Origin: Pseudomonadota bacterium
GTDB taxonomy: Bacteria; Pseudomonadota; Gammaproteobacteria; QQUJ01
Direction: 5' to 3'
NCBI GenBank assembly: GCA_008501635.1
Contig: QQUJ01000018.1
Span: 335,286-399,285 of the forward strand
Length of the DNA: 64,000 nucleotides
Under the pieces are notes generated by a model. It was not told where the DNA came from and searched no databases. It saw nothing but the letters and a program-made list of their open reading frames with translations. The position numbers and the translations under genes are program-made. Positions 9,032 through 20,556 of this stretch are shown here, piece after piece; within the stretch, counting starts at the first letter, position 1, and every line of letters begins with the position of its first letter.

Positions 9032-9643
9032 ATGGACAAGCGAGTCATACAGAGGGGCATGACCGCGCTGGCGCAAATCGACCCCCAGGTCGCCGGGGCT
9101 TTTGCGCGGCTTGGCCCGCCCCAACCCCGCCTGCGCCCCGCCGGTTTCGAAACCCTCTTTTCCACCATTGTCAGTCAGCAGATTTCTACCGAGGCCGCGC
9201 GTGTCATCTCGAGGCGCGTGAAGGCGTTGTTGCCGGAGGTGTCAGCACCGGCACTGCTCGGCGTAGATACCGAGGCGTTACGAGGCGCGGGGATGTCGTA
9301 CCGCAAGATCGAGTACGCCAGAGGTCTGGCGAAAGCGATTGTTGAAGGTCGTTTGGACGTGGACGGACTGCCGAAACTATCCGATGAGGATGCTATCGGC
9401 GCTATCACCGCGTTGCGCGGTTTCGGCCGCTGGAGCGCGGAGATCTATCTGATGTTTTCATTGCGGCGCCGCGATGTATTCCCGGCGGACGATCTGGCGT
9501 TGCAGATTGCCTTGGGACGGCTGAAGGGATTGGACGGCAAGCCGACGCCCAGGCAGGCGCGGGAGTTGGTGGCGCATTGGGCACCGTGGCGCAGTGTCGG
9601 TTCGCTGTTCCTGTGGCACTACTATCGGGGTGCGCCGGCTTAG
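9032..9643 (+). CDS. DNA-3-methyladenine glycosylase II family (AlkA-like, HhH-GPD)
   Basis: IVSQQIS, LRGFGRWSAEIYLMF, DVFPADDL, WAPWRS; probable ATG 9032. Confidence 0.88.
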   Translation: MDKRVIQRGMTALAQIDPQVAGAFARLGPPQPRLRPAGFETLFSTIVSQQISTEAARVISRRVKALLPEVSAPALLGVDTEALRGAGMSYRKIEYARGLAKAIVEGRLDVDGLPKLSDEDAIGAITALRGFGRWSAEIYLMFSLRRRDVFPADDLALQIALGRLKGLDGKPTPRQARELVAHWAPWRSVGSLFLWHYYRGAPA

Positions 9644-9692
9644 AAAGATTGAACTTTTAGGAAATCATCTCTTCGCCGGCAAGCTTTTTGAA

Positions 9693-9761
9693 CGGCATTC
9701 CCGCGCAGGCGGGAATCCAGGTAATTGGCCACATGGGTCCCGGCGTTCGCGGGGATGACGG
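9693..9761. repeat. REP-like palindromic doublet with ATTCCC-N8-GGGAAT core
   Basis: CGGCATTCCCGCGCAGGCGGGAATCCA...TGGGTCCCGGCGTTCGCGGGGATGACG between convergent genes. Confidence 0.75.
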
Positions 9762-9777
9762 ATGGAATTACCCCGTG

Positions 9778-10746
9778 CTACGGACAGGTTTCGTTTTTGG
9801 CGGAGCGGCGTTGTCGAGCAGAGATCCAACGGCGCAGCGCAGCCTTCCACGCACCGGGTCCCGAGAGGACACCCACGCTGACGACCAGCATCCCCAATCC
9901 GATCCACTGCACCGGCGCCATTACCTCATCCAGTAACCACCAGGCGACGGCGACCGTGATCACCGGTCCGGAGAGGGTGATCAGGCTGGTTTGAGAAGCG
10001 CCGATTCGGCGGATGCCTTCGAACAACAGGAAGAAGGGCAGCACGGTGCAGAGCACGGCGATCAGGCTGCCCCACTTCAGGGTCTCGGCGGATGGCCAGC
10101 GTTGCGGTGGATCGACGATTCCCGCGTAGGCCACCATCAGCACCAGAACCACAATGTTGTAGAGCGCGGTAAAGCGCATCGAGCCCATGCGGGTCATGAC
10201 CACCTGGCTGGTGACCAGGAAGGCGGCGTAGGCAACTGCCGAACCCAGCGCCCACAGGACACCCAACCATTGCGCCTGATCCAGCGCGTCGGGACCGTTC
10301 GGCATCACCACCAGCCAGAGTCCGGCATAGACCACGGCAAAGAGCACGACGTGACCCGCTGGCGGCGGGCGGCGATCACGCAGTGCAGTCAACAGGATGA
10401 CGAAGATCGGGAAGGTGAAGAGGATGATGCGCGACAGCCCCGCGCCGATGCGCTCGATGGCCGTGAAATCGCACAGTGTCGCCACGAAGAAGAGTGCCCC
10501 AGCGATCAAGCAGCCCCGCCACCCGTCGCGATCCAGCCGCCCAAGGCCGCCGGGTGCCGCGATGCGGGCGATCAGGAGAAACAAAGGTGAGGCGATGACA
10601 AAGCGCAGCAGCAGGAGTTCGGTGACGGTTGCCCCGTCGAGATAGGCGAAGCGGGCGAAGATGCCTTTGAAGGCGATGGCAGCGGTGGCGATCGTGACCA
10701 GCAGGATGGCCGCGCGCTGCGGGGAGAGGGAGGTGTCGTGGTGCAT
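9778..10746 (-). CDS. DMT/EamA family permease
   Basis: About 10 TM helices in two EamA repeats (LLLRF, FTFPIF, EGIRRIGAS, LLDE). Confidence 0.88.
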   Translation of the reverse strand: MHHDTSLSPQRAAILLVTIATAAIAFKGIFARFAYLDGATVTELLLLRFVIASPLFLLIARIAAPGGLGRLDRDGWRGCLIAGALFFVATLCDFTAIERIGAGLSRIILFTFPIFVILLTALRDRRPPPAGHVVLFAVVYAGLWLVVMPNGPDALDQAQWLGVLWALGSAVAYAAFLVTSQVVMTRMGSMRFTALYNIVVLVLMVAYAGIVDPPQRWPSAETLKWGSLIAVLCTVLPFFLLFEGIRRIGASQTSLITLSGPVITVAVAWWLLDEVMAPVQWIGLGMLVVSVGVLSGPGAWKAALRRWISARQRRSAKNETCP

Positions 10747-10796
10747 GATGAATCAGTCTAGTCGCGCCGAGATATCAAACAATGGCAATCTGACTC

Positions 10797-10820
10797 TATC
10801 AGCTATGCGTATCGCTGATA
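10797..10820. promoter_or_regulatory. Probable LysR binding site in divergent promoter
   Basis: TATCAGC-N10-GCTGATA inverted repeat between divergent EamA and LysR genes. Confidence 0.55.
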
Positions 10821-10830
10821 TCATTGCGCC

Positions 10831-11730
10831 ATGAATCTCACTCATCTGCGCAGCTTCGTACACGTCGCCGAACTGGGCAGCCTCAGCCTGGCCGCCGAAC
10901 GGCTGCGGGTGTCGCAGCCGGCCCTGAGCCGTCAGATCCATCTGCTGGAAGAGCATCTCGGCGTCAGCCTGCTGCATCGTACCGGCCGTGGCGTGGTGCC
11001 CACCGAGGCGGGCGAACGGCTGCGCGACAGCGCCTACAGCCTCTTTGAGGATATCGCCAAGGTGGAACGCGACCTTGGCAGTCCCGGGCAGGTAGGTGGG
11101 CGCCTCAGCGTCGGCATCCCACCCAGCGTCAGCACCGCTATGGCGGGAGAGTTGGTGGAGGGTTACCGAGCGAGATATCCCGAGGTGTCGCTGCAGATCA
11201 TCGAAGACCTAACCGGCGCCATCCAGGACGGGCTGCTGGGTGGTCGGTTGGATCTGGGGATTCTCTATGAGGGCGCGCTCAGCGCTGGTCTGCAGACCGA
11301 ACTGTTGCGGATCGAAGCGCTGGAGTTGATCGGACCGCCCGATGCCGGGCTGTCAGCCGCTACCCCGGTGCGTTTCGAATCCCTGGCCGCGCTGCCGATG
11401 ATCCTTCCCGGCTACCGCCACGGACTGCGCGCCATCGTCGAGCAGTCCGCGTTCCGCGCCGGGGTGCGATTGCAGACGGTGATCGAGGCCGATTCGTTGC
11501 GCATGCTGCTGGATTTCGTGCATCGGGGATTGGGTTACACGGTATTGTCGCGTGAGGTGTGCGGTCCGCTGCTCACCGCCGGCGAACTCACCGCCGCGCC
11601 CATCGATGCGCCGCCGTTGCGTCGTACCTGGGTGCTGGCGTGGCGTAAGGAGGTGGTTCTGGCACCCGCAGCCGTTGCAATGGTGCAAGCCATAAAACAG
11701 CTGCTCATAAAGGGCGCTCCGGCACAGTGA
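10831..11730 (+). CDS. LysR-family transcriptional regulator
   Basis: N-terminal HTH (LRSFVHVAELGSLSLAAERLRVSQPALSRQI), LDLGI substrate-binding domain. Confidence 0.93.
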   Translation: MNLTHLRSFVHVAELGSLSLAAERLRVSQPALSRQIHLLEEHLGVSLLHRTGRGVVPTEAGERLRDSAYSLFEDIAKVERDLGSPGQVGGRLSVGIPPSVSTAMAGELVEGYRARYPEVSLQIIEDLTGAIQDGLLGGRLDLGILYEGALSAGLQTELLRIEALELIGPPDAGLSAATPVRFESLAALPMILPGYRHGLRAIVEQSAFRAGVRLQTVIEADSLRMLLDFVHRGLGYTVLSREVCGPLLTAGELTAAPIDAPPLRRTWVLAWRKEVVLAPAAVAMVQAIKQLLIKGAPAQ

Positions 11731-11845
11731 GCGAGCACGGGACGTTATCGGGTTATTTTTTTGCTATAAAGTTCGCAGCTGTGCTGGTCGTTTAATAGTG
11801 ATCAAGCGCCAAACGATGTCTTACGAATAGCGTTGGAGGAGAATA

Positions 11846-12595
11846 ACGGCGTCGCGTTGGACTGCATCCGGAATCCATTTGCTCATCAGTGTTGGTATCG
11901 CGCTGCTGTTTGTGACGCTGATGCTGCTGATCTGGTATCCACAGCCCTATTTCAGGGCGAGTGGAGCGGATCAGTTGCTGACGATTCTCATCGGTGTCGA
12001 TGTCGTGATCGGCCCACTGCTGACTCTGGTCGTTTTCAAATCGGGTAAGAAAACCCTGAAGTTTGATCTTGGTGTCATTGGTTTTCTGCAGATCGCAGCG
12101 CTTGTCTACGGCGCATCGATCGTCTGGCAGGCCAGACCTGTTTTCTTGGTGTTTGCGGTGGATCGGTTCGTACTGGTGGCAGCCAATGAACTGTCTGACG
12201 AAGATTTATCACAGGCCGAACTCCCCCAGTTCAAATCATTGTCCTGGACCGGCCCACGGGTGGTCGGTACCAAACGACCCACGACTATCCAGGAACGGAA
12301 CCAGTTGCTCTTCTCTTCGGTGTTCGAGCAGAAAGATATCGATCGCATGCCCAAGTACTACATTCCTTTCGAGGAGCAGGACGGGGATTTACATAATAGA
12401 GTGATCCCCCTGGACAAGTTGCTCTCAAGAGATGCTGGAACACGCGATCTGATAACGCGTGCGTTGCATAAAGCGGGTCGCGAAAAGGATCAGGTAGGTT
12501 ATCTGCCACTGCTGGCGCGAAAATTCTATATGGCGATGCTTGTTGACAAAACCAGCGGTGTACCCTTGAGCGCAGTTCATGTCGATCCGTGGTAG
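11846..12595 (+). CDS. TfpX/TfpZ-like type IV pilin accessory protein (apparent non-canonical ACG start; first canonical start TTG 11879)
   Basis: SRWTASGIHLLIS, WYPQPYF, GVDVVIGPLLTLVVFKSGKK, RPVFLVFAVDRF, C-terminal VDPW. Confidence 0.78.
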   Translation, partial: TASRWTASGIHLLISVGIALLFVTLMLLIWYPQPYFRASGADQLLTILIGVDVVIGPLLTLVVFKSGKKTLKFDLGVIGFLQIAALVYGASIVWQARPVFLVFAVDRFVLVAANELSDEDLSQAELPQFKSLSWTGPRVVGTKRPTTIQERNQLLFSSVFEQKDIDRMPKYYIPFEEQDGDLHNRVIPLDKLLSRDAGTRDLITRALHKAGREKDQVGYLPLLARKFYMAMLVDKTSGVPLSAVHVDPW

Positions 12596-12625
12596 TGCTG
12601 TTCGGTCTTTTGTTTCCCGGTTCGT

Positions 12626-13249
12626 TCACCGGCGGTTATCGGTACTGGCGAGCAGTAGCCCCGCGCCGATCAGCACACCGCCGGTAATGCGGTTCTGCAA
12701 CCGTACCGCCTTTTCATTGCGCAGCAGCGAACGCAGGCGCGAGGCGAGGGTGCTGTAACCGGACATCACCGCGACATCCACCGCGATCAGGGTTGCGCCG
12801 ATGATGGCGATCTGTTGCGCCTGATCGGCATGCGGATCGATGAATTGCGGCATCAGCGCCACCAGAAAGACCAGCGACTTGGGATTGGTGAGATTGACCA
12901 GCACCGACTCGAAAAAGGCGCGACGATGCGAAAAAGCGAGTGTGACGCGGCCCAGTTTCAGCTCACCGCCTTCGCGCCATTTGCGGAGACCCAGGTAGAT
13001 GAGATAGCCCACCCCGATCCACTTCACCGTCGTGAAGAGGGTGACCGAGGCGGCAATCAACCCGCCCAGGCCGATACCAACGACAACGATCTGGGTGATG
13101 AATCCACACTGCAGGCCGAGCACCGCGGAGAAGGCATTGCGCGCCCCGTGGGTCAGACCATAGCTCATGGCGGTAACCGCACCGGCGCCTGGCGAGATAC
13201 TGATCGCCAGGGCGGTGAGCAGCATGGTCAGCCAGGTATCGAGCGGCAT
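12626..13249 (-). CDS. rhtB: RhtB/LysE family homoserine/threonine efflux protein
   Basis: ISPGAGA, YLIYLG, VNLTNPKS, PQFIDP. Confidence 0.82.
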   Translation of the reverse strand: MPLDTWLTMLLTALAISISPGAGAVTAMSYGLTHGARNAFSAVLGLQCGFITQIVVVGIGLGGLIAASVTLFTTVKWIGVGYLIYLGLRKWREGGELKLGRVTLAFSHRRAFFESVLVNLTNPKSLVFLVALMPQFIDPHADQAQQIAIIGATLIAVDVAVMSGYSTLASRLRSLLRNEKAVRLQNRITGGVLIGAGLLLASTDNRR

Positions 13250-13259
13250 GGTGCGGGTA

Positions 13260-14810
13260 TCAGACGACGCCGGTTCGCGTGGCCTCGGGCTGACCGGCAG
13301 CCACCAAGAGTGACTCGCCGGTCATGGTCGTCGGGATCTCCAGGCCCATGAGCTCCAGGATCGTGGGTGCGATGTTGGCCAGCCCGCCGCCGTCGCGCAA
13401 TGTCCAGGGGCGATCGTCCACCACCAGGCAGGGAACGGGAAACAGCGTATGCTGGGTCTGCGGATTGTTGGTGACAGGATCGACCATCTCCTCGCAATTG
13501 CCGTGGTCGGCGGAGATCAACGCCGAGAAACCGTGCGCTACGGCGCTGTCGAGCAGCCGGCTCACCTCGTCGTCAACGGTGCGTACCGCTTTGAGGATGG
13601 CTTCGCGTACTGCGGTGTGACCCACCATGTCGCAGTTGGCGTAGTTGACGACGATGAAGGCGTAGTCGCCGCTCTCGATCGCCGCGATGCAGGCGTCGGT
13701 GACCTCGTGCGCGCTCATCTCCGGCTGCAGGTCGTAGGTGGCCACTCTGGGTGAGGGGATCATCACCCGCACCTCGCCGGGCACCGGCGCCTCGTGACCG
13801 CCGTTGAGGAAGAAGGTGACGTGGGCGTATTTCTCGGTTTCCGCGCAGTGGAACTGCTTGAGGCCGGCGTTGCTGATGATCTCGGCGAGCGTGGTCTGCG
13901 GCACCTCTTTTTCGAAGGCGACGGGTAGCTTGAATGCCGGGTCGTACTCCGTGAGACACGTGACCACCACCGGCTGAAAATCACCTCGGTCGAAAGCGTC
14001 GAATGTGCGCTGACTCAGCGCGGCGGTCATCTGCCGGGTGCGGTCGTTGCGGAAATTGAAAAAGATGACCGGATCGTCGGCGCTGATCGGTGTCGCGGCG
14101 CCGATCACGGTCGGCACGATGAACTCGTCACTCTCATCGCGGGCGTGGGCATCATCGATGGCCTCGCGTGCGGTTGCGGCAGTGCGGCCTGCGCCGTTGA
14201 CGAGTGCACGAAAGGCGAGTTCGGTACGCTCCCAGCGCTGGTCGCGATCCATGGCGTAGTAGCGACCGGAGACGACCGCAATGCGGCCACCCGCGGCGGC
14301 AAGCGCTGTCTCCAGCGGCGGCAGATAATCCTGCGCGCACTTCGGTGCCGTGTCGCGCCCATCGGTGATCATGTGCACGACGGGGATTCGGCCCGCTTTG
14401 CCGACCATCTGCACCAACGCAAGCAGATGGTCGATGTGACTGTGTACGCCGCCGTCGGAGACCATTCCCAACAGATGGACGTTACCGCCCGGTGGCGCGG
14501 CATTGATGGCGGCGTTGAGCGTGGTGTTCAAGTACAGCGAGCCGTCGGCGATGGCGTCGTCGATGCGCACCAGGTACTGGCGAATGATGGAGCCGGAGCC
14601 GATGGTCATATGCCCCACTTCGGAGTTGCCCATCTGCCCCTCCGGCAGCCCCACCGCACGGCCCGAGGTCTGCAGCTGGGTGTGCGGGTAGCGGTCGAAC
14701 CAGGCGTCGAGCTTGGGCGTACCGGCGATGGCGATGCCGTTGCTGGTTTCATCGGGATTGATCCCGAAGCCGTCGAGGATGACCAACAGGGTGGGGTGGA
14801 TCTGGGGCAT
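13260..14810 (-). CDS. gpmI: 2,3-bisphosphoglycerate-independent phosphoglycerate mutase
   Basis: ILDGFG, GQMGNSEVGH, SDGGVHSH, GRYYAMDRD, AETEKYAHVTFF, DMVGHT, ADHGN. Confidence 0.96.
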   Translation of the reverse strand: MPQIHPTLLVILDGFGINPDETSNGIAIAGTPKLDAWFDRYPHTQLQTSGRAVGLPEGQMGNSEVGHMTIGSGSIIRQYLVRIDDAIADGSLYLNTTLNAAINAAPPGGNVHLLGMVSDGGVHSHIDHLLALVQMVGKAGRIPVVHMITDGRDTAPKCAQDYLPPLETALAAAGGRIAVVSGRYYAMDRDQRWERTELAFRALVNGAGRTAATAREAIDDAHARDESDEFIVPTVIGAATPISADDPVIFFNFRNDRTRQMTAALSQRTFDAFDRGDFQPVVVTCLTEYDPAFKLPVAFEKEVPQTTLAEIISNAGLKQFHCAETEKYAHVTFFLNGGHEAPVPGEVRVMIPSPRVATYDLQPEMSAHEVTDACIAAIESGDYAFIVVNYANCDMVGHTAVREAILKAVRTVDDEVSRLLDSAVAHGFSALISADHGNCEEMVDPVTNNPQTQHTLFPVPCLVVDDRPWTLRDGGGLANIAPTILELMGLEIPTTMTGESLLVAAGQPEATRTGVV

Positions 14811-14867
14811 TAAAAAATCCTATGCGGGCGAATTGCCGACTATTCTACTGGAGATTCAAAGACCTTA

Positions 14868-15091
14868 CTCGCGCAAAGACGCCCCACACCGTCATTCCGG
14901 ACGTAGCGCAGCGAAGATCCGGAATCCACAACGTCGGGTTACGCTGCGCTAACCCGACCTGCATAGCAAGGGAGATTGTAGGAGCGGCGGAAGCCGCGAA
15001 TGACTGCGGAGATTGCCAGATCTCGTTCGCGGCTTCCGCCGCTCCTACGGTGAAGTTCTTTTCCTTTGCGCTCTTGGCGACTTGGCGGGAG
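14868..15091. repeat. Composite of nested REP-like palindromes
   Basis: Outer CGCAAAG/CTTTGCG-type arms; GTCATTCCGG..CCGGAATCCA (14891-14928); GTCGGGTTA..TAACCCGAC (14933-14958); perfect 23-bp inverted pair GTAGGAGCGGCGGAAGCCGCGAA (14978-15000 / 15026-15048). Confidence 0.85.
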
Positions 15092-15098
15092 AAACAAC

Positions 15099-17504
15099 TC
15101 AACTCGCCTTTTTACCCAAGCGCTTCTCCTCTTCCAACACCACACCGCTCATATCGAGCACGCTGTCGGGGTTGAGCGAGAGTGACTGGATGCCCTGATC
15201 CACCAGCCAGCGGGTGATCTCGGGGAAGTCCGAGGGCGCCTGACCGCAAATCCCAATGTACTTGCCGTTGCGGTTGCAGGCGGCAATCGCCATGCCCATG
15301 AGTTTGCGCACCGCTTCGTCGCGTTCGTCGAAGCCGGTGAGGATGCCCGAGTCGCGATCGACGCCGAGTGTGAGCTGGGTCAGGTCATTGGAGCCGATGG
15401 ACATGCCGTCGAAGTGCTCCAGGAACTGGTCGGCCAACAGCGCATTGGAGGGAATCTCGCACATGATATAGACCTCGAGTCCGTTCCCGCCGCGTTCCAG
15501 CCCGTTGGCCTTCATCACCTCGAGCACCTTCACGCCTTCGTCGACGGTGCGCACGAACGGCAGCATCAGCTTGACATTGGTAAGGCCCATGTCATCGCGC
15601 ACCCGTTTCATCGCCGCGCACTCCAGCGCGAAGCACTCGGCGAAGTCGGCGGAGTAGTAACGCGAGGCGCCGCGATACCCGATCATCGGGTTCTCTTCAT
15701 CGGGCTCGAAGGTGGTACCGCCGATCATCGCCGCGTACTCGTTGGATTTGAAGTCGCTCATGCGCACGATGACCGGCCGCGGGTAGAAGGCGGCGGCGAT
15801 GTTGCTTACCCCCTCGGCCAGTTTCTGGACGAAGTAGTTGGTGCGATCACCGTAGCCGGCGACGATGGCGTCGATCTGTTGCCGCACATCCGCCGGGACG
15901 CGGTCGTATTCGAGCAATGCGCGCGGATGCACCTTGATGGTGTTGTTGATGATGAACTCGAGCCGCGCCAGACCCACGCCGTCGGCGGGCAGCTTGCTCA
16001 CCTCGAAGGCGACTTCGGGATTGCCGACGTTGACGTAGATCTTGGTCTTGGGCTTTTCACGGTTGCCGAGGTCGATGCGCTCGATGGAGTACTTCTGCAG
16101 GCCCGCGTAGATCATGCCGTTGTTGCCTTCGGCGCAGGAGATGGTGACGTCCGCCCCCTCTTCCAGCACCTGGGTGGCGTTGCCGCAGCCGACGATGGCG
16201 GGGATGCCCAGCTCGCGGGCGATGATGGCGGCGTGGCAGGTGCGCCCGCCGCGGTTGGTGATGATCGCGCCGGCGATTTTCATCACTGGCTCCCAGTCGG
16301 GGTCGGTCATGTCGGTGACCAGGATCTCGCCGGGCTGCAGATCGGTCATCTGCTCGGAGTCCATGATCACCCGCACCCTGCCGGCCGCGATCTTCTGCCC
16401 GACGCTCTTGCCCTGGCACAGCACCTTGCCGCGGGTCTCCAGTTTGTAGATCTCCTGATAGGTGCCATTGTCGGTGGACTGCACCGTCTCGGGGCGGGCC
16501 TGGACGATGAACAGCTCGCCGCTCTGGCCGTCTTTCGCCCATTCGATATCCATGGGCATGGCGCGGCCCGTTTGCTGCGAGTAGTGCTTCTCGATGGTCA
16601 CCGCGTAACGGGCGAGCTGCAGCACCTCGTCGTCGCTGATCGAGAACTGCTGGCGTTCCGCGGCCGGAACTTCGACGTTCCTGACCGGGTTGTCGGCCCG
16701 CGGATCGTCGGAATAGACCATGCGTAGCGCCTTTTCGCCCAGGTGGCGGCGGATGATAGGGCGCTTGCCCGTCTCCAGTGTCGGCTTGAAGACGTAGAAC
16801 TCGTCGGGATTGACCGCACCCTGCACCACGTTCTCGCCCAGGCCGTAGGCGGCGGTGATGAAGACCGCGTCGCGGAATCCGGTCTCGGTGTCGAGGGTGA
16901 ACATGACCCCTGAACCGGCGAGGTCGGAGCGCACCATCTTCTGCACGCCGATGGAGAGCGCGACATCCATATGAGTGAAACCCTGGTGGACGCGGTAGGA
17001 GATGGCGCGGTCGGTAAAGAGCGAAGCGAAGACCTTGCGGCAGGTGGCGACCAGCTGTTCGGCGCCGCGGATGTTGAGGTAGGTGTCCTGCTGGCCGGCG
17101 AACGAGGCACTGGGCAGATCCTCGGCGGTGGCGGAGCTGCGTACCGCCACGTCGGGATTGTCGCCGTACTCGACGGCCAGCTCACCGTAGGCGGCGACGA
17201 TCTCGTCGGCCAGCTCCTGCGGCATCTCACCCTCGAGCACCCACTGGCGGACCTGTCTGCCGGTGGCGGCCAGCGCTCTGACGTCGTCCACGTCGAGCGC
17301 TTCCAGCACCTCGGAGATGCGTTCGAAGAGCTGGTTGTGCTGCAGATAGTGATGATAGGCGTCGGTGGTGGTGGCGAATCCGTTTGGTACCTTGACTCCC
17401 TTCCCCGACAAGGCGCTGTACATCTCGCCCAGCGACGAATTCTTGCCCCCCACCAGGGGTACATCCTGCATGCCCAGTTCAGCGAACCGTTTGATGTAGC
17501 GCAT
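15099..17504 (-). CDS. ppsA: Phosphoenolpyruvate synthase
   Basis: [53 protein letters not shown]. Confidence 0.97.
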   Translation of the reverse strand: MRYIKRFAELGMQDVPLVGGKNSSLGEMYSALSGKGVKVPNGFATTTDAYHHYLQHNQLFERISEVLEALDVDDVRALAATGRQVRQWVLEGEMPQELADEIVAAYGELAVEYGDNPDVAVRSSATAEDLPSASFAGQQDTYLNIRGAEQLVATCRKVFASLFTDRAISYRVHQGFTHMDVALSIGVQKMVRSDLAGSGVMFTLDTETGFRDAVFITAAYGLGENVVQGAVNPDEFYVFKPTLETGKRPIIRRHLGEKALRMVYSDDPRADNPVRNVEVPAAERQQFSISDDEVLQLARYAVTIEKHYSQQTGRAMPMDIEWAKDGQSGELFIVQARPETVQSTDNGTYQEIYKLETRGKVLCQGKSVGQKIAAGRVRVIMDSEQMTDLQPGEILVTDMTDPDWEPVMKIAGAIITNRGGRTCHAAIIARELGIPAIVGCGNATQVLEEGADVTISCAEGNNGMIYAGLQKYSIERIDLGNREKPKTKIYVNVGNPEVAFEVSKLPADGVGLARLEFIINNTIKVHPRALLEYDRVPADVRQQIDAIVAGYGDRTNYFVQKLAEGVSNIAAAFYPRPVIVRMSDFKSNEYAAMIGGTTFEPDEENPMIGYRGASRYYSADFAECFALECAAMKRVRDDMGLTNVKLMLPFVRTVDEGVKVLEVMKANGLERGGNGLEVYIMCEIPSNALLADQFLEHFDGMSIGSNDLTQLTLGVDRDSGILTGFDERDEAVRKLMGMAIAACNRNGKYIGICGQAPSDFPEITRWLVDQGIQSLSLNPDSVLDMSGVVLEEEKRLGKKAS

Positions 17505-17793
17505 CGCAATACCCTCCGTAGCCTAAGACCAAGAAAATCGAATGATGCCGTGCTCTGATTCTGTACCTTGTTGGCGGTAGATACGAGGGCCGGGTCATGG
17601 GCAAGGGCCGGGGGTGCGCGGGCTTGTGGGTACTGCCGGTAAGGACGCGCTGGGGAGGCTTTGTCAATGGTGCAGGGTTTGACGCCGCTCTTGTGGGTCC
17701 TCTTGCCGGAGAAGGGGTGATTTTAAACACCCGCCGATTGTGCTGCAACTGCACATTTTCAGCAGAATATGGTCCCATCGGTGGCGATTGGGG

Positions 17794-17821
17794 GTTGAAA
17801 AGTGCCAAACGAACCCCAACT
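17794..17821 (+). promoter_or_regulatory. Sigma32 (RpoH)-type heat-shock promoter of htpG
   Basis: GTTGAAA-N13-CCCCAACT, close to the CTTGAAA-N13/14-CCCCATNT consensus, about 63 bp before htpG ATG. Confidence 0.72.
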
Positions 17822-17884
17822 ATCTGCCCGAGCTGAATCAATAATCCTGCCTAATCTACCTTTGACCAAGGAGTTTGAGTACCC

Positions 17885-19813
<1,929 letters not shown>

Positions 19814-19832
19814 AAATTCGCCGTTAACGCAG

Positions 19833-19870
19833 AAACAGAAACGCCGCGCGGAGTCGCGGCGTTTCTGTTT
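19833..19870 (+). terminator. Intrinsic (possibly bidirectional) terminator after htpG
   Basis: AAACAGAAACGCCGCG-cggagt-CGCGGCGTTTCTGTTT 16-bp stem. Confidence 0.8.
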
Positions 19871-19979
19871 GCGCTAAGCTGATGCCGAATCGCGTGGCTC
19901 ACGGCGTTCACGCCGCGAGCCGCCGCTGAGCTGACCGTTTAACACCGCGTACGCCAGGCGGGTATTGGATCGATCCCTC

Positions 19980-20483
19980 ATGAGCCCCTGCAGAATCGTT
20001 GTCGCGTCCTTGATCGTAGGGCTGCTGCTGGGCGGTAGCGCACACGCTCAGGGCACAACGCAGGTCACTGCGCAGGGGCGCGCGCTCGCCGAGTCATTCG
20101 GCCGTGGCGAGGTGGCGATCCGCACCACCGCAGGACGTGAGGAGCGCTTCGACGTGTTTCTGGCCATCGATCCCGTGCAACGCGCCCGTGGCCTGATGTT
20201 TGTCCAAGCGCTCCCGGACACGGTCGGCATGCTGTTCGTGCACCCACACGAGCACGTTGTGATCATGTGGATGAAAAACACACCGCTCCCCCTCGATATG
20301 CTGTTTGTCGACAAGGGCGGGCGCATCGTCCACATCGCCCGCGGCACCACACCCTACTCGCTGGGCAGCATCAGTTCGCTCCGCCCGGCGATCGCGGTTC
20401 TTGAAATCAATGCCGGGCTGGCGGAGCGTCTGGGAATTCAAGTCGGCGACCAGGTCCTCCATCAGTTCTTCGCTGCGCCCTGA
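19980..20483 (+). CDS. DUF192 family exported protein
   Basis: Signal-peptide-like N-terminus; RARGLMF, GMLF, MWMKNTPLPLDMLF, VLEINAG. Confidence 0.88.
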   Translation: MSPCRIVVASLIVGLLLGGSAHAQGTTQVTAQGRALAESFGRGEVAIRTTAGREERFDVFLAIDPVQRARGLMFVQALPDTVGMLFVHPHEHVVIMWMKNTPLPLDMLFVDKGGRIVHIARGTTPYSLGSISSLRPAIAVLEINAGLAERLGIQVGDQVLHQFFAAP

Positions 20484-20556
20484 GCGAGGTTGCTCCGGGG
20501 TGGTGCAGGCTGCGCCGAGCTGCTTCACTTGACCCGATCACCACGATGGAATCGTC

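Noticed and set aside
15414..16727. Long ORFs antisense to real genes (also 27871-28863, 31684-32862, 45898-47343, 56142-57425, 1377-2237)
   Set aside because: Shadow ORFs expected from high-GC codon bias; no recognisable motifs, and they fully overlap well-supported genes.
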